Assembly (NCBI GenBank): GCA_951406725.2 | Contig: OX597831.1 | Location: forward strand, 29,264,001-29,328,000 | Source of the DNA: Octopus vulgaris | Taxonomy: Eukaryota | Length of the DNA: 64,000 nt | Reading direction: 5' to 3' | Part shown: in pieces, positions 41,746-53,220 of the stretch | Layout of the letters: every line of letters starts with the position of its first letter | Position numbering within the stretch: position 1 is the first letter of the stretch | Made by a program: the position numbers and the translations under genes | The notes under the pieces: generated by a model | Told to the model about the DNA's origin: nothing | The model's database searches: none | The model's input: only the letters and a program-made list of their open reading frames with translations

Positions 41746-41998
41746 CCGTAAAATCTCCTCATTGTGCCCCTCACCCCATACTAAAGACATGAGACTGTTA
41801 TTCAACAATAACGTCCTCATAGATTTTATGGGTTATTTCACCTGTTTACTACTTGTCTCTCTTGCGTAAACCGCTGTTGGCAGAACAATGGTCTGATACA
41901 GCAGTATCTTCTCACAGGTTGCTAATCGAAATGCTGCTCAGATCTCGTTCATTCCTCTGAACACTAGCAAGGTATATATATATATATATTTATATTTA

Positions 41999-42200
41999 CG
42001 ATATAGTGCATATTTATACACATAAGGAATCCACTTAGTGTGAGTTTGACACATTAGAGAGAACAGCTAGGTTCTATAAACCACAAAAATAACGGATAAA
42101 ATTCGACAGGAATAAATTTGGAAATAAAAAACATTAACCATCAATGTGTTGAATCTCACACCAAGTGGATTCCTTATGTGTATAAATATGTACTATATCG
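41999..42200. mobile_element. MITE-like element with ~58-bp inverted arms, TA-flanked
   Basis: CGATATAGT(G/A)CATATTTATACACATAAGGAATCCACTT(A/G)GTGTGAG at 41999-42055 is the reverse complement of 42143-42200. Confidence 0.75.
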
Positions 42201-42265
42201 TATAACTAATATATAGTCTTCTTGACTAATTTTTTTGCACGTTAGACCACTGGAAATGTAAATTT

Positions 42266-42310
<45 letters not shown>

Positions 42311-43097
42311 CAAAACACCCCCCCCCCCCCCAGTCCAATGGACGGTGCTGAGTTGTCAAACATTTAAACCAAATTTTCTCAAAATAACTTGTCCGACCCT
42401 TTGAGAAACACTGATTTAACCTAAATTTGAGACACCAGCAAAAGAAGAAATAAAGATAGACTTTTTTCTGTTCCAAAGAAAAACGATTTTATTCACACAA
42501 ATATGTAACCGAAGAGTTTAAAGTACCAGTAATGATAAGGCTGTTGACTGGGAGAACACAAACGTGGTTTAAACAGTAAGCTTGGCAGGAAAGAAACGTA
42601 CCTATAAGCTGTGCAAAAACAACAAAAAATGGAAGGTGCAGTTATGTACAGGTTGACGAAGAAAAGCAGGACAAAAACGATGCAAGCAAATGGGTTAGCT
42701 GGAGGTAAATATAGATGGAAAAGCATAAACATGTAGGAGATCAACTTGGACCGATTTTTGGTGAAAAGCAACAACCTAGGGAACTAAGTAACTAATTTTA
42801 TTATTTCAAGCCAGCCGGCTTTTTTTGCGCAAACTGCACGTGCATTTTTCTCGCGTACGCGTAGTATCGAGCGCAACAGCTGATGTACTTGCGCGTACAA
42901 ATGCACGTTCCCACGGTTTTATCGATCGTATTCTCACCTGGAATCGATTTTTAAGACTCATACACGCCCTGATACCGTCGGTATCTACATATCAAATTTG
43001 AGCACAGTCTGATGAAGGATGCCCGAGATCCTAGAAGACACACACACACAGACAGACAGACAGAACGGATTTTATATTATATTATAATAATATTATA

Positions 43098-43310
43098 TAG
43101 ACGCAGGAGTGGCTGTGTGGTAAGTAGCTTGTTTACCAACCACATGGTTCCGGGTTCGGTCCCACTGCATGGCACCTTGGGCAAGTGTCTTCTACTATAG
43201 CCTCGGGCCGACCAAAGCCTTATGAGTGGATTTGGTAGATGGAAACTGAAAGAAGCCCGTCGTATATATGTATATGTATATATGTGTGTGTGTGTTTGTG
43301 TGTCTGTGTA
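43098..43310 (+). mobile_element. SINE family A, 5' half
   Basis: Head and A/B boxes. Confidence 0.8.
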
Positions 43311-43323
43311 AAAGAGAAAAAGA

Positions 43324-43364
<41 letters not shown>

Positions 43365-43647
43365 TACATAGCCACAAAGACAATATATATATTTTATACA
43401 TTCGTACATGTACGCATACGGACGTATCTAAATACAGTAAATAGCGGCATTTTGATTTTCATTTTTCATCGTTTTCTCCAGAGGAAAGGCGTAAGTCATC
43501 ACATTCAAATTAATTAATCATGTATGTTAATTATGCAATTATATAAATGAAGAAGACTTTTTTTACTCTTTTGAAACAACTGTGGAGAACCATTAACTTA
43601 TGAATCATATGTGAAATTTCTGCTGTCCTGCTTTATATATATATATA

Positions 43648-43845
43648 ACGGGAAGCTTTATGAAAATAAACAAAAGACGAAGGCAGGTGGAGTACAAACA
43701 AACAATTGTATTAGTATGGCGCTCAGGAATATAAATAAAACAAGTCTTTTACGTTTCGAGCCTACGCTCTTCAACAGAAAGATACACAGAAAAGAAACAC
43801 AGAGAGAAACAAGGAGAGAAAAAAAATGCGTGCAGAAGCTAGCGA
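43648..43845 (-). mobile_element. Family P1 element with (TA)n on both sides
   Basis: Homologous to 575-735 and 52434-52620. Confidence 0.75.
43745..43782 (-). ncRNA. Minimal type I hammerhead motif with a variant core
   Basis: - strand reads TCTTT-CTGTTGA-A-GAGC(GTAG)GCTC-GAAA-CG-TA-AAAGA. Confidence 0.65.
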
Positions 43846-43856
43846 TATATATATAA

Positions 43857-44100
43857 AGTAGTTGCATACTGTCAACTTAATGTGACAGTCCCATGAAGGG
43901 AATCATTCCACTGCTATTTAGCCCTAGGAAGCAGCAAAGCATCCTGTCGGCCTTGACACCATTTCCCGTGTCCTTATGCTTGCAAGGGGGAGATAAGCAG
44001 CCCCACCGAGCTAAGCCTGCATCCAAAGACTAGTTTCTGAGTCTTTGCTCGTCATCAGTCTGGAGTAGCATGGCCAGCTAGTTGGAGATGCCTATCTAGC
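43857..44100 (-). mobile_element. Hammerhead-bearing non-coding repeat (family H), copy 2
   Basis: Homologous to 40623-40870; abuts (TA)n; terminal hairpin CTGTCA...TGACAG at ~43870-43890. Confidence 0.7.
44009..44079 (-). ncRNA. Type I hammerhead ribozyme with a canonical core and GUC cleavage triplet
   Basis: - strand reads TCCAGA-CTGATGA-CGAG(CAAAGA)CTCA-GAAA-CTAG-TC|TTTGGA, with a palindromic ACTAGT stem III and an extended stem I. Predicted cut lies between + coordinates 44028 and 44027. Confidence 0.8.
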
Positions 44101-44320
44101 CGACAGGAAGCTTTTAACTAATTTGTTTTCGTACTTCATGTTGTTTACTGTTGGTGACGTTCTGTACCTATATATCGTCCTGTACCCATATATACGTCGG
44201 AAGAATTTGAACTCAGAACATAAAGACGGACGAACTGCTACTAAGCATTTTGCCCGGCGTGCTAACGATTCTGCCAGCTTGCAGTCTTGATTCGTATTAA
44301 TAATAATAATAATAATGATG

Positions 44321-44382
<62 letters not shown>

Positions 44383-44401
44383 CATAAGAAGAAGAAGAAG
44401 A

Positions 44402-44442
<41 letters not shown>

Positions 44443-44988
44443 AGGAGGAGGAGAAGAGTTGAAGAAGAAGGTAAAAGATGATAGAAGAAGAAGAAGAAGA
44501 AGAAGAAGAAGAAGAAGAAGAAGAAGAAGAAGAAGAAGAAGAAGAAGAAAAAGAAGAAGAAGAAGAAAGGCAGTATATTAGATCCGCCCCTTGCAAAAGA
44601 GGAATTTATATGATTATATTTCAAACAAATGCAAATCGAATAAAATATTTACGGTTCAATCGAGTATTAACCGATATTAATTCAAATCTAATAATAATAA
44701 TGATGTGTCATGTATACGTGTTTATGTGCGTTCGCGCGCGCGTGTGTGTTGCACGCGCGCGCTCACGCGAGAAAGGAGGAGAGAGAGAGAGAGAGAGCAA
44801 GAGGTGGAGAGAGGGAGAGTGAGGGAGAGAGAGAGAATGGTTGAGAATTAATTATAAACACATCTATTTAAACAAAAATTAAAAATACAATATAAACCAG
44901 CAGATAACAACACACACACACACAAGAGCAACAAACACTTGCCCACCTCCCCCCTAGCACCCGTCCCCCCAACTACCTGTCACCCCCC

Positions 44989-45055
44989 ACTCACCCTTCT
45001 GCTCACCTCACCCTTCCGCTCACCTCACCCTTCCGCTCACCTCACCCTTCCACTC
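44989..45055. repeat. 17-bp minisatellite (CTCACCTCACCCTTCCG) x ~3.5
   Basis: Read directly. Confidence 0.85.
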
Positions 45056-46074
45056 ATAACTTTCCTCCATTAAAACGTGGAGTTAATTAAATCTAAAAAT
45101 ACGCTGCGAAGCAAGAATAAGCTATTGTTCTGGATATAAACATGTTGTGTGGGGCGGCGGTGGTGGTCGTGGGTGGGTGGTTAAGGGTGGTGGGGGTGGG
45201 GTGGGATGGGGGGCAGGAATATAGGGTGTATATGGATGTATGGGGTGGGGGGATGGGGGATGGGGTGGGTGGGCACAGGTAGAGATGTTGAGAGGCGGTG
45301 ATAAGTATTTTTGGGTTGGATGTTGAAGGAACGGATAATATAGGGGGTGCTGTTGGGGGGCGTTAGTGCGAGGCTGTTAATGCTTAAATCAGTTTTATGA
45401 CACGCAACATTTTCCAAACTCCTCACATACACACACACGCACACACTAACATACACACACACACACAAAGATGCACGTAGACATGCACACACATATGGTG
45501 TTGTCGGTAAATATCGACACACACGTACAGACATACATATATATGTATGTATCTATATCTCTCTCTCACACACACATATATATATGTGTATGTGTGTGTG
45601 TGTGTGTGTGTGTACACATATATATTTTGTATCATATATATGTTTGTATCTTGACGTACATTATACATATATACATATATACATAATACATACATATGTA
45701 CGAACATATGTATGTATATATACGTTTATTCATATAAACTCATAGATACACGCGCACACGCACACACACACACACATATATATAATAGATAGATAGACAT
45801 ACATTACACACGCGCACACACACTCATACACACACATACTTGCATATATATGCTTAATTGCAAATACATACATTTAAAGATATGCGTGAATATATACATC
45901 CAAACATACATACATACATACATACATACATACATACATACATACATACATACATACATACATACACGTATGTATGTATGTATGTATGTATGTATGTATG
46001 TATGTATGTATGTACGTATATATGTATGTATGTATGTATGTATATGTATGTACGTACGTACATACATACATACA

Positions 46075-46108
<34 letters not shown>

Positions 46109-46222
46109 CGTACATACATACATATATACGTACATACATACATACATACATACATACATACAAATATACGTAAATACATACATACATACATACATACATA
46201 CATACATACGTACGTACATACA

Positions 46223-46256
<34 letters not shown>

Positions 46257-46606
46257 AATACGTACGTACATACATACATACATACATACATACATACATA
46301 CATACATACATACATACATACGTACGTACATACATACATACATACATCCATACAAACATACATACATACATACATACATACATGCATGCATGCATACATA
46401 CATACATACATACATACATACATACATACATACATACATACATACGTACATACATATACGTCTGCACATATACACACGCCAATAAACGTGCTCAGACGGT
46501 GCCGTCACGTGTTCATATTTACACGTCACACGAATTTCCCACCTGTTCTTTGTCAGACGAACGCCCAATCCATACTTCATCATTTCTCTCCTACACTATA
46601 TCAACG

Positions 46607-47075
46607 CCACCATTACCACCACCACCACCACCACCACCACAACCACCACCTCCTCAACAACCACTACCACCACCACCACCACAACCATCACCACCGCCGC
46701 CGCCGCCACCACCACCACCAACAACAACGCCGCCAACGCCACCACCACCACCACTACCACCACCACCACCACCACCACCTCCTCAACAACCACCACCACC
46801 ACCACAACCACAACCACCACCACCGCCGCCGCCGCCGTCATCTTCGCTACTATATCATTTTTCATCACATGAAACCATCACCGTTACCACCGCCGCCACA
46901 ACCTCCCTCACAACCGGCATACAATACCTGCACCTCCACTACCTCCACCATCACCACCACCATCACCACCATCACCACCACCACAACCACTACCACCACC
47001 AACAACAACACCGCAATCCCATAACCACAACCACGACCATCACCACCACCACCATGACCACCACCACCACCATCA
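46607..47075. repeat. (CAC)n-type trinucleotide low-complexity tract
   Basis: Read directly; similar tracts at 21270-21410, 35140-35470, 48775-49210 and 58860-59365. Confidence 0.9.
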
Positions 47076-47299
47076 ATAGACACGATTGTCGTTGCCCACC
47101 GAATCTAATCTCCATTTGCGGTTTCATTGATGTGTGTACAGTGCATCTTAATACCTTATGGGATGCATAGTAATTAAAGGTATCTAAAGAGCAGGTAGTA
47201 GTTGTGGTTACTGTTGTGGTTGTGGTTGTGGTTGTAGTTCTGGTATGGTGTGCTCAGAGTTATGCATATATTTGATCGAAGGCTCCTGAGATTGCTCTG

Positions 47300-47730
47300 A
47301 AAACGTCTTGTTTTCTCGCTGCCGTCTCAAGAGTAAAGCTGGTTTCTCTCCCGTATCTCTAGTTGTCTTCACTATTTATTAGAATAGCAAAATGAACGGT
47401 GTGTAAAAATGTCTTTCACACTTTAAGTGTTGACGTTGTTCTTCTCCAAAGTAGTCTTCAGCTTTTTATTGAACCAATTCCTAAGATCCTCCAACCAGGT
47501 GTTGATTGACCTTGGTATAGTTGGCCGTAGAATATAATTCGGCGGAAGCGCGAGTTACACATGCGCAGCACATATCCCAGATCATTCAGTCGGAACTTGT
47601 TTAGTGAGGTTTCTATGCCGGTTGTGTTGACCTGACGCAGGATATCTGTGTACGAAATTTCATTGCTGTCTGACAGAAAGGATTTTCTGGACATACCGGC
47701 TGTTAGAATTCTCCAGGCTATCAACGTGGT
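47300..47730 (-). mobile_element. Decayed RTE-type LINE 3' fragment
   Basis: Translates ISYTDILRQVNTTGIETSLNKFRLNDLGYVLRMCNSRFRRIIFYGQLYQGQ, matching the RTE pattern RLRW.GHV.RM...R.P..I.YG.L..G. Confidence 0.7.
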
Positions 47731-47944
47731 GGTTATATGAATTGCATGTCCGGCATACGTGGAGACGCGTTTGAACAAAACACTTCATTTCACGTTGCTC
47801 CAGTTCACTCAGCTGGCAAAAAGGAGTGATCCTGTCACAGGCCGGCGCCCCCGTCCAGGAAATGGCCCCATGAGTCTGTATGACTCGGGAAGGTTCCTTA
47901 TCCTTTATCCTTTTATATCTTTGCCTCCTCACAACATATCTAGT

Positions 47945-48340
47945 AATCTTTTCTAATCTAGGCACATGCCCCGAAATTTTTAGGGAAGGGGTCAGTCGAT
48001 TAGATCTACCCTAGTATGCAACTGGTACTTAACTTATCGACAACGAAAGGATGAAAGGCAAAGTCGACCTCGGCGGAATTTGAGCTCAGAACACAAAGAC
48101 AGACGAAATACCTATTTCTTTACTCCCACAAGGGGCCAAACACAGAGAGGACAAACAAGGACAGACAAACGAATTAAGTCGATTATATCGACCCCAGTGC
48201 GTAACTGGTACTTATTTGATCGACCTCGAAAGGAAGAAAGGCAAAGTCGACCTCGGCGGAATTTGAACTCAGAACGTAACGGCAGACGAAATACGGCTAC
48301 GCATTTCGTCCGGCGTGCTAACGATTCTGCCAGCTCGCTG
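47945..48340 (-). mobile_element. SINE family B with an internally duplicated body
   Basis: Two cores with the same internal junction as other dimers. Confidence 0.85.
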
Positions 48341-48830
48341 TCTCCCAACATATCTAATAATGAATAAATCTCGTTGCTGCTCCGTACGCTTTTAACGATG
48401 TCAGCCATTAGTTATTTGCGAATAATAACCACCATAAAATGTAGTTAACAACCACTTAACTAGTATGAATATGTTAGCTACTTATCTATTTGCGTGTACC
48501 AACGATTATAAATGTTGTTAACAACCACTTTACTATTATAAATATGTTAGATATGTTTTGGTTTAGAAATAGAATAAAAATGAAATCAAGTCCACGGGAG
48601 CACTTCCACGTGGTTGCTGAATCGGCTAGAAATAGCAACCAAATCCTCTTAAATCATATACTTATTTGTAATAGAAATTAATCTCGGTTCCCTGCAAATA
48701 AGAAAGGGAAAGGATGATCGGGGCTGGAATGTCATCTCTCGTAGGTGTATTCGGTGAAGGTTGAACCGGTGCTAAGCAGCAACAACAGCAACAGCAACAG
48801 CTGCTACTGCTACTACTACTACTACTACTG

Positions 48831-48874
<44 letters not shown>

Positions 48875-48890
48875 GCTGCTGCTGCTACTA

Positions 48891-48928
<38 letters not shown>

Positions 48929-48970
48929 ACTACTACTACTACTGCTGGTGCTGCTACTACTACTACTTCT

Positions 48971-49028
<58 letters not shown>

Positions 49029-49050
49029 GCTGCTACTACTGCTACTACTG

Positions 49051-49091
<41 letters not shown>

Positions 49092-49117
49092 GCTGCTACT
49101 ACTACTACTTCTGCTGT

Positions 49118-49165
<48 letters not shown>

Positions 49166-50780
49166 AGCAGCAGCAACAGCATCTACAACAACAGCAACAG
49201 CAACAACACACTATATCACTACAACGTACTTATTGTCTTTGGCAGACATTCTTTTACGGATGGTCATTGTTGAGATCGATCTCAGTATATCATTGGTAAC
49301 AATTTCGGCAACCTTAGAAGAATGAAAAGTAAAAATAACCTCGAGGAATTTGAACCCAGGACAAAAAATATATATTACTTTAAACACAGCATTCTGCCGG
49401 TGGAGAGATGAATCGCTGCTGCCTCTAGCGGTCGTGTGTCCATCATTGACAAGGCCACACAAGGTCGAAATCACGTTATCTGGTTGCCTCGGTGCAGGAG
49501 GTAGCAGGGATTTTATCTCACTGCTAGCGATATAAACAAGTGTGCATTTTGCACCAAAATGCCAACATGCGAGGTTCTCTCATGGAATCTATCACAGTAT
49601 AGTCTGTTCTAATACAGCATCCAATTTCTTTATTAGCCACAAGGGCCCAAACATAGAGGGGGACAATACAGCCTGATTGGGGTCAGACACAATGATTATA
49701 TGACTTTTTAAATTTTACACAATATAATGAAATCGAGTGAGATACAACAAGGACAAAATACAAACATGAAATGAAGCAGAGAGATGGCTTACGCTCCGAC
49801 CCCACGAGCCCCATTCTCCTACTGGAACCTTTGTATGCAGACTTATGACATGTTCACGAGGAATCTTTCATTCCCAGCACCCTCGCAACATGCAACCATC
49901 TTTCTTTGAACATTTTCTTTGACAGGCATCTTCTCTCCAGCCTCTCCTTGCTTTTAAGGTGGAAGATAAAAAATCTCACCAACCCGAGAACCGTGGCGAT
50001 GAATATTTACCTTTGGGTATTAATATTGCCTCTGTCGATAATATATTTATTTTTTACAACATTCTTTAAACGACACTCAGCCGATTCTGTCATTCAAGAT
50101 TGCATTTCTCTCCAAATTAAACGTTTCAAATTTTCTCACATGGCCATCAATTTAAGGGGGAGGGGGTTAGTCGATGACATCGACGCCAATAATTTATCGA
50201 TCCAGAAAAGATGAAAGGTAACTTTGGCCTCGGTGGCATTTGAACTCAAAGCATAAAGAGCCGGAAGAAATGTCTCTAAGTATTTTGTCCGGCGCGGGAA
50301 ACAATTTCGCAAACTCACCGCTTTGTTCCACCCCAAAATAATGATGTCTGCTGTGTCACATATTTAGTTGAAAGGGGAGGGGTATTAGTGTTCATATACG
50401 TACCCACGCTACACAACTGGTACTCCATTTTATAGAGCTTGCAAAAGATGGCTCATCTCGGGATCTAAAAGGCAATTATTTTATTTTTTCCACTCACACA
50501 CCAATGACGGCTTCGGCAGGATTTGAACTCAGAAGGCAATTTGTCCCCCATTTTACCAGTTATGACGCACTCCACCAATTTCTCCTTCACTTTGTGTCTT
50601 TTCTCATTTTGTCCAGCACTCTACCGATTATGAACATCTACTCACTACCATTGACGTCACATTTCGACCAATAACTATAGGCTCTCACATCATTCATCCA
50701 ATGGTAATTAAAAAAAAACAATGATAAAATTCATCAAAAACGATTTTTCTTCTGTTGTGAGGAGACCACCACCAACCCAC

Positions 50781-51155
50781 ACACATACACTGAACGGGTT
50801 CTTTTAAGGCTATAGCAGAAGATACTTGCACAAGGTGCCACGCAGTGGATTTGAACACGGGATTGTACCCGGAATCACGCTTCTTCCCACACAGTCACGT
50901 CTGTCTACAATAAATGGCTATTATTTGAAAAACAAAGCAAAACACACACACACTGAACGGTTTCCTTTAAGTTCCCATTCACCAAACCCATCCACACGGC
51001 TTTGGTCGAATCGAGGCTATAGTAGAAGACACTTGCACAAGATTCTACGCAGTGGATTTGAATCCAGGACTGAATCCGAAACCATGCGGCTGGAAAACAA
51101 ACTTCTTCCTACACAGTCAACGTCTGTCTACAATGAATGGCTATTGTTTAAATAA
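50781..51155. repeat. Local tandem duplication of a SINE A 5' fragment (- strand) plus flank
   Basis: 'ACACTGAACGG...AGGCTATAG.AGAAGA.ACTTGCACAAG...CGTCTGTCTACAAT.AATGGCTATT' occurs twice. Confidence 0.75.
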
Positions 51156-51159
51156 ATGC

Positions 51160-51403
51160 GCCCTTTTAAAGCCTAGCCAGGCTCATGGGCCCGGTTTCCC
51201 GGTTTCAATGGTGTATGTGTTCCCCAGCTGGACGGGACGCCAGTCCATCGCAGCGTTACTCAATTTTATCAGCTGAGTAGACTGGAGCAACGTGAAATGA
51301 AGTGTTTTGCTCAAGAACACAACACGTCACCCGGTCCAAGAATCGAAACCACAATCTTACGATCATGATGCTGACACCCTAACTACTAAGCCACGCACCT
51401 CCC
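51160..51403 (-). mobile_element. SINE family C (tail type 5)
   Basis: Reverse complement of 63797-64000. Confidence 0.8.
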
Positions 51404-52011
51404 ACATTATTCGAAAAACAAAACAACAAATCACACACAGACACACATACTTATACACACGCGATTTCGAAAGAAAGACCAAGAAAAGTTTAAAAAAAAA
51501 AAGCAAGAAAGAAAAAAGAAAGAAAGAAAGAGAAGAAACATTAGCAGAGCCAAGAAAAGGAATGCAAAAAATGTGACAATAAGTCGCTTCGTCATTTTGT
51601 TTTTTGGTTGAAACGAAAGAAAGAGTATATGAAAAAAGGTGTCTTGTAATAAGAAACATCACCTAGACATACGATCTTTGCTAGAATTTGATATCTGTCA
51701 CAGAAAATACAAGGGTACATTCTGACATTTTAGTGTTGTTGTTTTTTTTTTATTTAAAATATTTTATTCTGTCGTTCGTTCATTTTCGTTTCATTCTTTA
51801 TCGTTTTCTTCCATTCATTCTCTCTTTCCTTTCGTTTCTTATCGTATCGTTTCCTATTCATTTCCTTCGTTCTTTCTTGTCCTTTGCTTTGTTAAAGTAA
51901 ATACTGCCTCAGACGAGTGTCTGCGCCATACGTTATAATTATTTCTGAGGAAGAATGTATTTTTTCTCTACGTTAAATTAATAACGTTCAATTATTAAAT
52001 ACCTGTAAGAT

Positions 52012-52053
<42 letters not shown>

Positions 52054-52192
52054 GAGACAGAGAGAGAAAGAGAGAAAGATAGAAAGAGATAGATAGATAA
52101 TGTTTGTGTGTGGGGGAGGGGGTATATTCATATATATATAAATATAAATATATAAATATATATATATATATTACGGAGATGAACTTGCATAG

Positions 52193-52246
<54 letters not shown>

Positions 52247-52375
52247 CACACACACACACACACACACTCAGAGGACGCTACGGCAGGTACAAGTTGTAAG
52301 GGAATCTAGAACATTTAAAATCTCTATAAATACAGGCATACATATATAAGTATATCTGCATGCATGTATGTATGC

Positions 52376-52433
<58 letters not shown>

Positions 52434-52437
<4 letters not shown>

Positions 52438-52620
52438 AGAATTCACAAAAAAACAATAGACGAAGACAGGTGCTGTAGACAACAAACAGATGTATTAGTT
52501 TAACGCTCGGATAGTGGAAAAGTCTTTAACGTTTCGAGCCTACGCTATTCCACAGAAAGGAAACAAGGAGAGAAAATAAAGAATGTGTAGTGGCTAGCGA
52601 TCTATCACGGCGAATGCCGG
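52434..52620 (-). mobile_element. Family P1 element abutting (TA)n
   Basis: Homologous to 43648-43845. Confidence 0.7.
52524..52559 (-). ncRNA. Minimal type I hammerhead motif, decayed
   Basis: - strand reads CTTT-CTGTGGA-A-TAGC(GTAG)GCTC-GAAA-CG-TT-AAAG. Confidence 0.55.
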
Positions 52621-52779
52621 ACAGATGGGTAACGAAAATAGGAAAAAGCAGAAAGTACAAAAAACGTTTAGAAAGTATAAAAAAGTTACGAAAAGTTCAA
52701 AAGCATCGAGCGTCGTGGTGTATTGGAACGGTTTTTCATCAGCAGAGGAGTCCAGTGTAAACCATGGGCAGGAGAGGTG

Positions 52780-53195
52780 CAGCGGTGAGCTGGCAGAAAC
52801 GTTAGAACGCCGGACGAAGTGCTTAGCGGTATTTCGTCTGCGGTTATGTTCTCAGTTCAAATTCCGCCGAGGTCGACTTTGCCTTTCATCCTTTCGGGGT
52901 TGATTAAATAAGTACCAGTTACGCACTGGGGTCGATATAATCGACTTAATCTGTTTGTCTGTCATTGTTTGTCTCCTTTGTGTTTAGCCCCTTGTGGGTA
53001 GTAAAGAAATAGGTATTTCGTCTGTCTTTGTGTTCTGAGTTCAAATTCCGCCGAGGTCGACTTTGCCTTTCATCCTTTCGGGGTCGATTAAATATGTACC
53101 AGTTACGCACTGGGGGTCAATGTAATCAAGTTAATCCTTTTGTCTGTCCTTGTTTGTCCCCTCTATGTTTAGCCCCTTGTGGGCAATAAAGAAAT
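52780..53195 (+). mobile_element. SINE family B with an internally duplicated body
   Basis: Head, core and tail, then AAATAGG|TATTTCGTCTG, and a second core and tail. Confidence 0.88.
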
Positions 53196-53220
53196 ATGTA
53201 TATATATATATATATATATA

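Noticed and set aside
43009-43030. CTGATGA-AGGATGCCC-GAGA as another hammerhead
   Set aside because: It has GAGA instead of GAAA and no stem I or III pairing; the surrounding (CAGA)n-ending sequence looks like a Helitron-type repeat end.
45974-47170. 398-aa ORF with a formin/extensin-like poly-proline stretch
   Set aside because: It derives from (TACA)n and (CAC)n tracts that are open in several frames and on both strands.
49417-49433. CTCF-like GACCGCTAGAGGCAGC on the - strand
   Set aside because: It is one base short in the central G-run relative to the consensus; too weak to report.
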